Notes: generated by a model not told the origin, from the letters alone. A stretch of 64,000 nucleotides of DNA from Verrucomicrobiaceae bacterium (GCA_021151605.1 JAGKWZ010000002.1:13896-77895); one strand, 5' to 3'; positions 39,627-49,931 are shown, counted from the first letter of the stretch. Numbers and translations: made by a program.

Positions 39627-40022
39627 ATGAGTGCTACCTGCTGCACCCCAGCCCCCCAAACAAGCACACAGACCGCTCCAACTGCGGGCGTGACGGAAAG
39701 CCTGCAAAAACCACGCTTCAGCATCGAACGCCTGGACGACGCCTTCGTCATCCGCGTAGAGATGCCCGGCGTGCCGAAGTCCGGCGTGAACATCGAATAC
39801 CACGAAGATGTTCTCAGCATCCGTGGTGAGCGCTCCGTGTCGGTGCCTGCCGACTGGAAACCGCTCCACCAGGAGATCTCCACGCTGAACTACCAGCTCC
39901 GCCTGAACGTGAACACCCCCGTCGATGACGAGAAGCTCACCGCCAGCCTCGAAGACGGCGTGCTCACCCTCACGCTTCCTGTGAAAGCCACGGCCCTACC
40001 ACGCCAAATCGCGGTGAACTAA
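39627..40022 (+). CDS. Hsp20/alpha-crystallin small heat-shock protein
   Basis: EMPGVPK, ASLEDGVLTLTLP. Confidence 0.93.
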   Translation: MSATCCTPAPQTSTQTAPTAGVTESLQKPRFSIERLDDAFVIRVEMPGVPKSGVNIEYHEDVLSIRGERSVSVPADWKPLHQEISTLNYQLRLNVNTPVDDEKLTASLEDGVLTLTLPVKATALPRQIAVN

Positions 40023-40042
40023 GCCACCCCAACCATGCTACG

Positions 40043-40076
40043 GCGGCGGGGAACCTCGTGTTCCCCGCCGCTTTTT
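40043..40076 (+). terminator. Terminator between convergent hsp20 and fdhD
   Basis: GCGGCGGGGAAC/GTTCCCCGCCGC stem followed by TTTTT. Confidence 0.85.
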
Positions 40077-40936
40077 CATGCCTTCACGCGATCCGGGTGC
40101 GTGTACACATTCATCGTCTCCCCACGCAGGAAGCCGACGAGTGTCTGGCCGCTGTCATCGGCAAATTGCACCGCCAGACTGCTCGGAGCCGAGATGGCCG
40201 CCACGATGGGCACCCCGGCGGCCAGCGCCTTTTGCATGAGCTCAAAGGACACGCGTCCGCTGACGAGAAGGATGTGTCTTTGAAAAGGCAACAACCGGCG
40301 CTGCAAAGCCCAGCCGAGCACCTTATCCAGCGCGTTGTGACGTCCCACATCCTCCCGCAGCACCAGCATCTCGCCGTGTTCATCAAAGATCGCGCTCGCA
40401 TGAAGTCCGCCGGTCTGGGTAAAGGTCGCCTGCGAGGCGCGGAGCTTCGCGGGAAGGCTAGCGAGCAGGGCAGGGGAGACGCGGAAATCGTGCTCAGCGG
40501 CCGACTCAGCACCAATCACTGAGCATTGAGCACTTGCTTTGAGCACCGGGAACCGCTGAAACACACTCTCAATGCTCGTCTTCCCGCAGATGCCGCAGCT
40601 CGAGGCGCTGAAGACATGGCGCGTGAGGCTGTCCCAATTCACCACGGCACTGCCGGCGAGCAGCACGTCCACCACATTGCCGTATTTGTTTCCCGTGCTC
40701 GGGCACTGGCTGATCTCCAGCACATCTCGGGCACGGGTGATCACGCCTTCGCTGACCAGAAATCCCGCGACGAGTTCCTCATCATGTCCCGGCGTGCGCA
40801 TCACCACGGCCACGCTGCGGCCTTCCACGCGGATCTCCAGCGGCTCTTCGCGTGCGGTCACGTCTTCCGTCGTCACGGCTGAGCCCGGCAAAGTGATGCG
40901 CTGCACGGTCACGGGAAACGTCGCGTCATCACTCAT
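40076..40936 (-). CDS. fdhD: Formate dehydrogenase accessory sulfurtransferase
   Basis: EEPLEI, MRTPG, SSCGICGK, TGGLHA, REDVGRHNALDK. Confidence 0.96.
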   Translation of the reverse strand: MSDDATFPVTVQRITLPGSAVTTEDVTAREEPLEIRVEGRSVAVVMRTPGHDEELVAGFLVSEGVITRARDVLEISQCPSTGNKYGNVVDVLLAGSAVVNWDSLTRHVFSASSCGICGKTSIESVFQRFPVLKASAQCSVIGAESAAEHDFRVSPALLASLPAKLRASQATFTQTGGLHASAIFDEHGEMLVLREDVGRHNALDKVLGWALQRRLLPFQRHILLVSGRVSFELMQKALAAGVPIVAAISAPSSLAVQFADDSGQTLVGFLRGETMNVYTHPDRVKA

Positions 40937-40956
40937 GAGTTGGGTTCAGAAAAGGA

Positions 40957-42093
40957 TCACGCCCTGCGTGTGCGCGGCGCCAGCAGGCCCACGAGCAGAC
41001 GCTCAAGAACAACCTTGGTATCGAGCTGCGTCGTCACCAGCTTCGAGTTTGCCGCGAGACAGGCGGCGAAGCCCTCGTGCAGCTCTTCGAGGGTGAATTT
41101 CCTCGCCTCGGCCACGGCGAGGAAGAGCGGATAGACATTGAAACCCGAGCCATCCTTCTTGCGCGGCAGATGCGCCGTGGCGTTCGTGGGCAGCGCATCC
41201 AGGCTGGAATTGAAGCTGTTGTAGCTCATCGTGTTCACCTTGTTCTTCGTGGTGAGTTCCTTCACGATCAGCAGGTTACGAACTTTGGGGACGATGGCCG
41301 CCAGCAGGATGCCGATGGCGTTTTGGCCCTGATACATGAGCACGCCCAGCAGCTCCAGCGCACGCTGGAGATCGCGCGCACCAATGGCATTGCCGATCTC
41401 CCAGATCACGCCAGCACGGCTCATGGAGACCATGCCACGAACCGTGTTCAGGCCGCAGCGACGGCGCTCGCCTAGATAGAGGTCGATTTTCTCGATCTCA
41501 TTTTCGAGCTGCCGAGTGTCGTCACCAGCCATCTGCACCAGTAGCTCGAGAGCGCCACTTTCAAACGTGAGCCCGAGTTCTCGCGCCTTCACCATCGCCT
41601 GTGCCATCACCGCGTCCTCCCAGCCCGCGCGGCTGGTGTCCGGCTTGTCATAGACCTCCATGGTGGCGATCTTTGAGAGGCGTTTGAAGGAAGTGCGACG
41701 CTTGTCGATCGACGTCGTGCTCAGCACAAACTTGATGTCAGGTGGCAGGTCCGACTCCAGCACATCGAGGATGTTTTCAAAGCCCTGCACCGAGGCCTGA
41801 GCCTTGCCTGTCTGACTCTCGCCGAGGAAATTTGCCCCTTTCAGCCACACCACCTTGCCACCGCCGAAGAAAGGTAGGGTTTGCAGTGCCATCACCACAT
41901 TACTGCAAATCTGTCCTGCATGTTCAGCATTGTCCGCCTGACCCTCGATGATCTCATTGCCGAAATCGCCAGAGTCCGGAGGCGAGATGCGTTGGACGAT
42001 CTTCATCGCTGCCTCCTTAACCCGCGCCTCGTCCGTGCCGATGACGGCATGGAACTGGCTGCTGCTGGAGGCGGATTTCTTGGGCGGAGGCAT
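40957..42093 (-). CDS. holA: DNA polymerase III delta subunit
   Basis: TLPFFGG.KVV, L.NEIEK..LY; size and layout fit HolA. Confidence 0.85.
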   Translation of the reverse strand: MPPPKKSASSSSQFHAVIGTDEARVKEAAMKIVQRISPPDSGDFGNEIIEGQADNAEHAGQICSNVVMALQTLPFFGGGKVVWLKGANFLGESQTGKAQASVQGFENILDVLESDLPPDIKFVLSTTSIDKRRTSFKRLSKIATMEVYDKPDTSRAGWEDAVMAQAMVKARELGLTFESGALELLVQMAGDDTRQLENEIEKIDLYLGERRRCGLNTVRGMVSMSRAGVIWEIGNAIGARDLQRALELLGVLMYQGQNAIGILLAAIVPKVRNLLIVKELTTKNKVNTMSYNSFNSSLDALPTNATAHLPRKKDGSGFNVYPLFLAVAEARKFTLEELHEGFAACLAANSKLVTTQLDTKVVLERLLVGLLAPRTRRA

Positions 42094-42228
42094 GGGCGGC
42101 CCGATGTGTGGACCAGAACCCCGCTGGCGGCAAGTCGCGGTGGCTTGCTCGGTGGAATCTCAGCTGCCGTGTGTTTGAGGCTGGATCGTTTTCTTCCGCT
42201 TTGGTAAAACCTAGGTCGCGTCACCGAA

Positions 42229-43206
42229 ATGAAAGCCCTCACCATCGCCCTCGCCGCCTCCTTACTCGCCAGCATCGTCGCGCTTGCGTGGGTGCTCGCC
42301 ACGCCCCCGCCGCCAGATCCCCGAGTGGCCCGACTGGAGGCGGATTTAAAAGAAGCCCGCCAGACCATCTCACAGCTCCGGCGTGACCTCGCGAACCGCC
42401 CCGTCACAACGCCTCCAGCTCCGTCCCGTGTGAGCGGAGCCACGTCGCCAGACATCGCCGGGCTGCCAGCCGGAGGCCCCGGAACCCCGGCTGCGGCGAG
42501 TGGCACAGGCCCCGCTGGCTCCCTGCAGGACATGATGAAAAACCCCGCCATGCGTGATCTCATCATGCAGCAGCAGGCGGTGCAGATCGAGACCAGCTAT
42601 GCGCGCCTTTTTGAATACCTCCAGCTCAATGATCAGGAGAAAGCCCACTTCAAAAATCTCCTCGTCGAGCGTGGCAAACTGGAGACGGAGCTTGGTCTGA
42701 AAATGCTGGACCCAAACGTCACCCCGGAACAGCGGCAGAAGCTCATCGCCGAAGCCGAGAAGAACAAGGCGGCCTACGATCAGACCATCAAAGGCTTTCT
42801 GAACAACGACAGCGACTGGAGCACCTTCCAGCGCTGGGAAGGCACGAAACCCGAGCGAACCTCCTTTGAGTCCATGGGACGCAGTCTTTTCAATGCCAGC
42901 GGCGAGCCCCTCTCCACCCAGCAGGAGGACCAGCTTATCACCCTCATGGCGCAGGTCCGCCAGAGCCCCACGCCCGAGCAGGCCGCACTCTCGCGAATGA
43001 TCCAGGACCCGAGCCAGCTGAACGACGCCAATTTCCAAAAGATGCTCGACTACCAGAAAACCACCAACCAACGAACCTTTCAGGAGGCTGCAGCCTTCCT
43101 GTCTCCGACTCAGCTGAAGTCACTGCAAACTTATCAGGATCAGCTCCTGGAAACCTTCAAGACGAGCTGGCAGATGAGTTCGATGTTCACACAAGGAAAG
43201 AAGTGA
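42229..43206 (+). CDS. Membrane-anchored helical hypothetical protein
   Basis: N-terminal TM, coiled coil, LSPTQL repeats. Confidence 0.75.
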   Translation: MKALTIALAASLLASIVALAWVLATPPPPDPRVARLEADLKEARQTISQLRRDLANRPVTTPPAPSRVSGATSPDIAGLPAGGPGTPAAASGTGPAGSLQDMMKNPAMRDLIMQQQAVQIETSYARLFEYLQLNDQEKAHFKNLLVERGKLETELGLKMLDPNVTPEQRQKLIAEAEKNKAAYDQTIKGFLNNDSDWSTFQRWEGTKPERTSFESMGRSLFNASGEPLSTQQEDQLITLMAQVRQSPTPEQAALSRMIQDPSQLNDANFQKMLDYQKTTNQRTFQEAAAFLSPTQLKSLQTYQDQLLETFKTSWQMSSMFTQGKK

Positions 43207-43442
43207 ACCACCAGACCTTGGAAAGCTATCAGCGCTGAGATTGAGAAATGCGAGATGGAGTAGGGTGACGTGCCTAAATTGAAGTTGAGGTCGCTAGCAT
43301 CAAATTTTGCATCGGCAACTACAGAGCGGAACGACGAAATCGTTGCTCGCCAGATAAAAGATCTTGGCATAGCTGAGAGGAAAGCTATTTTTCCCATCAC
43401 TGGGTGAACACCGCCCTAGCAGGAAGCAGCCAAACACAAACC

Positions 43443-43841
43443 ATGAAAACAACCATTGCTCTATTGTCCTTAGTTGTCGCCACCTGCAGCTTTGCGGGTT
43501 CAGAAAACGCCCTCACCGCCTCCAGCGCGCCACCACCTGACTTGGTTCATGCTGGAGCAAAGCCCATCCGTTCCTTCTTGGGCGGTTACCCTGTGCTCAC
43601 ACGCAGCATCAGAAACGGTCATACCTCCATCGATCTGGACAGTATCAGATCCTACGGCAACCCAACGCCAGAGATCTTTCAGGGTCAAATTTACTGGTCG
43701 GTGCCTGTGACATACACCAGACGCACCCATTTGAACGGCTATCATGTCGTGGACGCCCGTGCCTTGGTGAAAGATGATCAAGTCATCCACTGGCTTTACA
43801 GTGCAAAAGATCCAACACGCTCCAGCGTGCCTGTGAACTAA
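43443..43841 (+). CDS. Secreted hypothetical protein
   Basis: Signal peptide; followed by a terminator. Confidence 0.65.
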   Translation: MKTTIALLSLVVATCSFAGSENALTASSAPPPDLVHAGAKPIRSFLGGYPVLTRSIRNGHTSIDLDSIRSYGNPTPEIFQGQIYWSVPVTYTRRTHLNGYHVVDARALVKDDQVIHWLYSAKDPTRSSVPVN

Positions 43842-43861
43842 ATCTCGAAAAGTTCATACAG

Positions 43862-43898
43862 AAAACCCCGCCATCGAAGGATGCCGGGGTTTTTCTTT
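43862..43898 (+). terminator. Intrinsic terminator
   Basis: AAAACCCCG...CGGGGTTTTT. Confidence 0.75.
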
Positions 43899-44090
43899 GG
43901 TTGCGTCTGATAGGGGTGAACCAGCCTGAGGTTGTAGCTAGTTGCAGGTTTCTTCTGAACGCATGCGGCGGTCTAAGGGCTGCAAACCTTAGCCAACGGT
44001 GGACATGCCGAAAACACTCCTCAGTCGCCGGAGTGCTCTGAGGGCAACCTCTGGTGGACGTCTGTCAGGGAGGTAATTCGGTATCGAAAT

Positions 44091-45218
44091 TTACAGTTTT
44101 CCCTTGCGCAGTATGTGTACACCTAGCATCCCAAATGCGACCATTGATGGCACGGCGAGAAAGTGCAGCCAGACAATGAGAGTGTTTGCGTAGTCGAGCC
44201 CGGCAAAGTTAGAACGCGTCCATTGCAGCACGAGCCAGCCAATGACGAGGCTGATGCTACTCAGAAGTGCGACGAGCAGGAAGAAAAGGCTGCCTTCATC
44301 CATCTCAATAAGTTTGCGCGTGATGGTGCGGGGCTGCTCGCTTTTCTGAAGGAACATGGCGGCGGAGAGCATATAAATCTGTGTCCCGACGAGGGCAGCG
44401 AGGAGAAGAAGCACCTGGCTGTGAACCCCGAAGATATTCAGGCCACCAACATTCACCAGCCCGGTCGTGCCTGCGATACCCTGAAGCACGCTAGCGAGGA
44501 TAATGAGTAGCAGCCCACCGAGTTCAAACATGCGGGGGCGCTCGGAAAGGATGAATAGCAAGTGCCTCATTCCGTCGCGCCAAGTGCGCAGATGCGGGGT
44601 GCGCTCGACGGGTGGCGGACGCAAGCCAGATAGGATCTCCACTGTGCTGGCCTTTTTTTTCAGAGCCTTAATGAGTAACTCTGAGGCGAATTCCATGCCG
44701 CTGGCGCGTATGTCCCAGGTCTGGTAGGCGGTCTTTTTCAGGCAGCGGAAGCCAGAGTTACAGTCGCTGAGCTTGCCTTTAAAAAGCAGATTGATCAGGC
44801 CAGTGAGAACGGGCGTTCCTAGGATGCGGTGTAGCGTGGGCATGGCCCCAGGCTCGATGACTCCCTTCATGCGGGAGGCGATGCCCATATCCGCATCAGC
44901 TTTCGAGGTGGTCTTGTAGAGTTCGAGCGAGTTCTCGTAGAAGTAAGTGCCATCTGCGTCGGCAAACATGACGTACTTTCCTTCCGCTGCCTCAATGCCG
45001 CCACGCAGGGCTGCACCGTAGCCGCGTGTTGGGACAGGCACGACGCGTGCTCCACGATCTTTGGCGATCTGGCGTGAGTCATCCGTGCTGCCATTGTCAG
45101 CCACGACAATCTCATATTTCAACGAACTGTCTGCATCGAGCGATTTACGCACGGCATCTATACAGAGTGCGATGGTACGGCTTTCATTGAGGCAGGGGAA
45201 GACGAAGGTGAGATCCAT
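44091..45218 (-). CDS. GT2 glycosyltransferase (Dol-P-Man synthase-like) with C-terminal TM segments
   Basis: PCLNE, ADNGSTD, GYGAAL, DADGTY, MEFASE, LRTWRDG. Confidence 0.93.
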   Translation of the reverse strand: MDLTFVFPCLNESRTIALCIDAVRKSLDADSSLKYEIVVADNGSTDDSRQIAKDRGARVVPVPTRGYGAALRGGIEAAEGKYVMFADADGTYFYENSLELYKTTSKADADMGIASRMKGVIEPGAMPTLHRILGTPVLTGLINLLFKGKLSDCNSGFRCLKKTAYQTWDIRASGMEFASELLIKALKKKASTVEILSGLRPPPVERTPHLRTWRDGMRHLLFILSERPRMFELGGLLLIILASVLQGIAGTTGLVNVGGLNIFGVHSQVLLLLAALVGTQIYMLSAAMFLQKSEQPRTITRKLIEMDEGSLFFLLVALLSSISLVIGWLVLQWTRSNFAGLDYANTLIVWLHFLAVPSMVAFGMLGVHILRKGKL

Positions 45219-45379
45219 GAGATGAAAGTGGGTCAGATGAGCTGAGATGCCGGGCGCGTTTAGCAGTGAGAAGGACTAATGTCGAAGTAAAAAAGGCGAA
45301 GAAGCAATCAACCCAATTTCGAGAGTTATCGTGGTCGTTTGTCTTTCGGGGTATTACCGAAAGATCACGCATTCCGTGT

Positions 45380-46291
45380 TCAGTGGGCCAACAGCTCCTT
45401 CGCTGCCTTCTCAATGGCTGGAAGAAGCTCGGCTGGGAGATCGGTGAGCAACGGCAATGCTGGGCCGGTTTTCGCGATGCCCGCCAGCTCCACGGCGTGA
45501 TGCAGGACGAGGATGGGGCTGTGAGCGTTGCGGAGGTCTTCGAGCGGGCGGAAGATGGCGCGGATCTGCTCGGCTTTCTCGTAATCGCCGGCATGGATGG
45601 CGTGCATCATGTCGGTGCTGAGTTGGGGCTTCACGCAGACGCAGCCAGCGGTGAAACCAGTGATGCCAAAATCGCGCAGGTGGATGATGGCGGGTTGCTC
45701 GCCGATGCCGGAGACGATGAGGTCGGTATTCACCAGCGTGACAAGTTTGCTCAGGTAGGCGTCCTGCGCGGGGTCAGGCTTCACGACTGCGTATTTGATC
45801 CAGGAGATGAGACCGTCATTCACAAGTTCGGCGGCGAGCTCGGGGGTGATGTACGACTCGTCTTTGATGTAGAGCACGGCTTTCAAACCGGAACGCTCGA
45901 CGAAGTGGCGGATGGCGGTGGCCACACCAGCGGGCTTCGAGGGGAAGAGCGTGGGCAGAAGCATTGCGGTGGGGAATTCGTGATCTTTGAGCATCGCGGC
46001 CTGATCCATCGCTGTGCCATACATGGGGCCGACGCTGGGGACCATCCAGAGATCCTCGGGGGCGATCTCGCGCAGCATGGTGAGCAGGGCGGGATACTCC
46101 GACGGGGCGATGTTGTAGAGGTTCGCATTGCCCCCGTAGAGCAACGTGCGAATGCCGCCGGCATACATGTGCTTCACGAGCTTTTCATTTTCAGCACGGC
46201 TGAGGCTGAGATCGGCGTTCCGGCACAGCGGCGGGACGGCGATGACGGAGCTGCGGAGATCGGCGGGAGCGTTGACGGGCGTGGTCTTCAT
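45380..46291 (-). CDS. DapA-family aldolase/dehydratase
   Basis: LLYGGNAN, VLYIK, WIKYA (Schiff-base Lys), GFTAG. Confidence 0.8.
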   Translation of the reverse strand: MKTTPVNAPADLRSSVIAVPPLCRNADLSLSRAENEKLVKHMYAGGIRTLLYGGNANLYNIAPSEYPALLTMLREIAPEDLWMVPSVGPMYGTAMDQAAMLKDHEFPTAMLLPTLFPSKPAGVATAIRHFVERSGLKAVLYIKDESYITPELAAELVNDGLISWIKYAVVKPDPAQDAYLSKLVTLVNTDLIVSGIGEQPAIIHLRDFGITGFTAGCVCVKPQLSTDMMHAIHAGDYEKAEQIRAIFRPLEDLRNAHSPILVLHHAVELAGIAKTGPALPLLTDLPAELLPAIEKAAKELLAH

Positions 46292-46358
46292 GCGAGCGCC
46301 CATACAACGGAGCGTGGGCTTTTCGGCAAATGGAAACCTTAGGGAAGAAACGGTGCTT

Positions 46359-48122
46359 TCAGTCCACAAACAGGAACTCGTTCGAGTTCAGCAGAGCGAG
46401 GCAGTAATCTGCCAAGGCACCTTGGAAGCTGCTGGCGAGTTGGGTTTGCTGTTCGATGAAGGTGCTGCCGGTGGTGATTTCGGCCTCGGTGGCTTTTCGG
46501 GAAAGGCAGCGCTGCGTCGCCGCAGAAACTAGGGCGCGGGTACCTGAGCCGTGCTTTTGCGTGAGCGTGGTGGCGAGCTTCGCGGCAGTTTCGTGGGCGA
46601 TGTCGGAGTTGAGCAAGGTCAGGGCCTGCGGGGCAGTGGTGGACTCGTTTCGGCGGGCACAGCTGATTTGCGCATCGGGTCGGTCAAAGAGGTCGAAGAG
46701 CGGGTGGCGGACGTTTCGGCGGGCGAAGATGTAAACGCTGCGGCGAGTGTGCTCGGTAACATCCTCCGTGACTTTGTATTGGCCTTTGAGAAGCGTGTCG
46801 CTGACCTCCTTGGGCATGGGCAGACGCACGCCGGGGCCGCCGGATTTGAGATTGAGCTGGCCGGAGACGCTGAGCATGGCATCTCGCAGCATCTCGCCTG
46901 TGAGTCGGCGTGGAGTTTGTAGTTCGGCCTTCAGGCCGTCAGGAACTCCAGAACGGCCTGAAGGCCGAACTACGAGCGAAGACTGCCGATACGTCGGCGA
47001 CATGACGATGAGCTTGTGGAGCTTTTTGAGGCTCCAGTTTTGCCGGGGAAGCTCGGCAGCTAGCCAGTCGAGCAACGCAGGATGACTCGGAGCCTCTCCC
47101 TGATGACCGAGATCGCCCGGCACAGCGGCGAGCGGTTTGCCAAAGTGCTGCTGCCAGATCCGATTCGCCATCGCTCGGAGGAAAAGCGCGTTGTCCTTGC
47201 TGGCGAGCCACTGGGCAAAAGCGGCGCGGTCGGTTTTCTCCAAGCTGCCGAAAAGGCGTGGGATGGCGGGTGTGATCTCGGGGCCGGGGCGTTTGAAGTC
47301 ACCGCGCACGAAGACCGTGCTGGCGGGCACGCCTTCGGTAAAGACTCGCACGCTGGGACCGAGAGGCTTGCGCTCTTTGGGCAGCACCGTGTTATCGAAG
47401 AAGGCACGCAGCCGGTAGAAATCGGCCTGGCTGATGGGGTCGTAAGGGTGGTCGTGGCACTGAGCGCAGCCGACCGTGAGCCCCAGCCCGACCGCGCCGA
47501 CGGTGCTGGTGATGTCGTTGAGCAAGACATGGCGGCGCTCAGACTGGTTGTTCAGGTCCGGCATGTCCGGCACCGTGAAAAGGAAAGCCGTGGCGTTTTC
47601 GTCGCCATCTGGAAGCAGGTCGCCGGCGATCTGCTGCTGCACGAATTGATCGAAGGGCATGTCGTCATTCAGCGCCTTGATGACCCAGTCCCGATACTGC
47701 CAAGCTCGGCTGCGCTCCGCGTCATATTCAAAGCCATCCGTCTCCGCGAAACGCGCCAGATCCAGCCACCACTGCGCCCAGTGCTCGCCGTATTCTTTCG
47801 AGGCGAGCAAGTCATCGACGAGCGTCTCATAGTCTTTCTGCGCGTCTAAGCTCGGTGGCAGTCCAGTGAGATCAAAAGTGACCCGCCGGATGAGCGTCGC
47901 CGTATCCGCTGGCGGCGACTGAGGCGGCGAGAGCTTTTCGAGCGTGGCCTCTGCGCCTGCCTTCGCCAACGGCCGAAAGGCCCAATGCTCACGGTCTTTG
48001 TCCGTGATCGGCCGCTCATCCTTCACCGGGTCCGCCGATGCCCGAATAGCGACGGCGTGGGATGGAGTCACGCCGAGCAGCATGACCCAAAGTGCCATCG
48101 TGATTGGGAGAGGCTTCGTCAT
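46359..48122 (-). CDS. DUF1549/DUF1553 (PSD1) protein
   Basis: HWAFRP, WLDLARFAET, CAQCHDHP, NRIWQQHFG, PQALTLLN. Confidence 0.93.
   Translation of the reverse strand: MTKPLPITMALWVMLLGVTPSHAVAIRASADPVKDERPITDKDREHWAFRPLAKAGAEATLEKLSPPQSPPADTATLIRRVTFDLTGLPPSLDAQKDYETLVDDLLASKEYGEHWAQWWLDLARFAETDGFEYDAERSRAWQYRDWVIKALNDDMPFDQFVQQQIAGDLLPDGDENATAFLFTVPDMPDLNNQSERRHVLLNDITSTVGAVGLGLTVGCAQCHDHPYDPISQADFYRLRAFFDNTVLPKERKPLGPSVRVFTEGVPASTVFVRGDFKRPGPEITPAIPRLFGSLEKTDRAAFAQWLASKDNALFLRAMANRIWQQHFGKPLAAVPGDLGHQGEAPSHPALLDWLAAELPRQNWSLKKLHKLIVMSPTYRQSSLVVRPSGRSGVPDGLKAELQTPRRLTGEMLRDAMLSVSGQLNLKSGGPGVRLPMPKEVSDTLLKGQYKVTEDVTEHTRRSVYIFARRNVRHPLFDLFDRPDAQISCARRNESTTAPQALTLLNSDIAHETAAKLATTLTQKHGSGTRALVSAATQRCLSRKATEAEITTGSTFIEQQTQLASSFQGALADYCLALLNSNEFLFVD
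46919..46973. repeat. GTAG-type REP doublet (21-bp perfect inverted repeat) inside the CDS
   Basis: GTAGTTCGGCCTTCAGGCCGT - 13 nt - ACGGCCTGAAGGCCGAACTAC. Confidence 0.8.
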
Positions 48123-48147
48123 TCGATCATTCGGGTTTCGGCATTCC

Positions 48148-49533
48148 TCACGCCAGCACGCCCCTCACCACATTCCCCTCCACGCCGGTTAGGCGCTGGT
48201 CGAGGCCGTTGAGGCGGTAGGTGAGGCGTTCGTGATCGAGGCCGAGCAGGTGCAGCAGCGTGGCGTGCAGATCGTGGACATGCACTTTGTCCTGAGCGGC
48301 GCGGAGGCCGAACTCGTCGGTGGCTCCGTGGACGTGACCGTGCTTCACCCCGGCACCAAAGAGCATGGTGGTGTAGCCCCAGGGGTTGTGATCGCGACCG
48401 ACGCCTTTTTCACTCATGGGCATACGGCCAAACTCGCCGCCCCAGATGACGAGCGTGTCATCGAGCAGGCCGCGCTGCTTCAGGTCGCGGATCAAACCGG
48501 CGACGGGCAGGTCGGTGCGGGCGCTGTAGTCGCTGTGATTCTTCAGGACGTTTTCGTGGGCATCCCAGCCATTGGTATCGCCGGAGTAAATCTGCACGAA
48601 ACGCACACCGCGCTCAATCATGCGACGGGCGAGCAGGCAACGGGTGCCGAACTCCTTCGTCGTCGGATGGTCGATGCCGTAGAGATGCTTTGTGGCTTCG
48701 GTTTCGCGGGAGATGTCCACGGCCTCGGGAGCGGCGGTTTGCATGCGGAAGGCCAGCTCGTAGGCACGGATGCGGGCATCGAGCACGCTGTCGCCCTCAT
48801 GCCGGGCGAGATGGGCGGCATTCATCTGCTGGATGAGGTCCAGCGTGGCACGCTGACGAGGGCTGCTGTGCGGGCTTTTCAGATCCAGGATGGGATGCTC
48901 GCCAGCACGCATGGTGGTGCCTTGATAAGTCGCAGGTAAAAAGCCGTTGCCCCAGGCTGGCGGGCCGCCTTTCAGCCCACCACTGGGATCAGGCATGACG
49001 ACAAAGGCGGGCATGTCCGTGTTCTCCGTGCCGAGGCCATACGAGACCCAACTGCCCATGCTCGGCTTGCCCATCTGGATGGAGCCCGTGTTCATCTGAT
49101 AGACCGACTGCGGATGGTTCACGCTATCGCCATGGCAACTGCGGATCACACACATCTCGTCCGCTAGCTCCGCCATGTTCGGCAGGAAGTCGCTGATCTC
49201 GATCCCGCTCTGGCCGTGCTTCCGAAACGGCTTCACCGGCGCGAGCAGCGGGTTTTGCGCCACTTTCCGCCGAGTCTCGACGGCTCCGTAGCTATCAGGC
49301 AAAGGCTTGCCCGCATGGCGAATGAGGTCGGGCTTCGGATCAAAGAGGTCCACATGGCTCGGCCCGCCGTGCATAAAGAGCCAAATGACGCGCCTCGCCT
49401 TCGCCGGGAAGTGGGAGCGCCCTTCACCACCCAGCGCGTCGGTTTGCAAAAGATGCGAAGCGGCGATGCCTGACAAGCCAACGCCCGTGCTGCCGAGAAA
49501 TCGGCGGCGAGAGAAGGTAGGCAGCTTGGTCAT
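48148..49533 (-). CDS. DUF1501 protein (Tat-exported)
   Basis: SRRRFL, GGPSHVDLFDPKP, WDAH, GEFGR. Confidence 0.95.
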   Translation of the reverse strand: MTKLPTFSRRRFLGSTGVGLSGIAASHLLQTDALGGEGRSHFPAKARRVIWLFMHGGPSHVDLFDPKPDLIRHAGKPLPDSYGAVETRRKVAQNPLLAPVKPFRKHGQSGIEISDFLPNMAELADEMCVIRSCHGDSVNHPQSVYQMNTGSIQMGKPSMGSWVSYGLGTENTDMPAFVVMPDPSGGLKGGPPAWGNGFLPATYQGTTMRAGEHPILDLKSPHSSPRQRATLDLIQQMNAAHLARHEGDSVLDARIRAYELAFRMQTAAPEAVDISRETEATKHLYGIDHPTTKEFGTRCLLARRMIERGVRFVQIYSGDTNGWDAHENVLKNHSDYSARTDLPVAGLIRDLKQRGLLDDTLVIWGGEFGRMPMSEKGVGRDHNPWGYTTMLFGAGVKHGHVHGATDEFGLRAAQDKVHVHDLHATLLHLLGLDHERLTYRLNGLDQRLTGVEGNVVRGVLA

Positions 49534-49576
49534 GGCGCGAAAACGGTGTCAGGCTGCCCCATCCATCATTGAAGCA

Positions 49577-49918
49577 TCAATACCTCGGCACTGCGGGATC
49601 GACGAGCTCGGACCAGGCATCGATGCCGCCGCGCATGGACTGGGTCTGGCGGAAGCCGTGCTGGCGCAGCCAGGTGGCGGCGCGCTGACTCCTCATGCCG
49701 TGGTGGCAGTAGATGATGATGTGCTGATTCACATCAAAGAAGCGCTGAGGAGCCAGCTCACCGAATTGCGACAGGGGCACGAGCTCGGCATTTGGAAGGC
49801 GGCAGACCTGCCACTCATCCTGCTCACGGCAGTCGATGATCCGCGGCGGTGTCTCTTCTGGCCGACCCAGGAGGTAATTCACATCATCTACGCTGACTTC
49901 GAGAGGCAGTTCGTTCAT
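49577..49918 (-). CDS. Rhodanese-like protein
   Basis: IDCRE..EW, YCHHGMRS, GGIDAW. Confidence 0.93.
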   Translation of the reverse strand: MNELPLEVSVDDVNYLLGRPEETPPRIIDCREQDEWQVCRLPNAELVPLSQFGELAPQRFFDVNQHIIIYCHHGMRSQRAATWLRQHGFRQTQSMRGGIDAWSELVDPAVPRY

Positions 49919-49931
49919 GGCAAACCTCGGC

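Noticed and set aside
43960-44045. Hairpins including a CTGCAAA loop resembling a tRNA-Cys anticodon arm
   Set aside because: No T-loop, acceptor stem or CCA; cannot be called an RNA gene.
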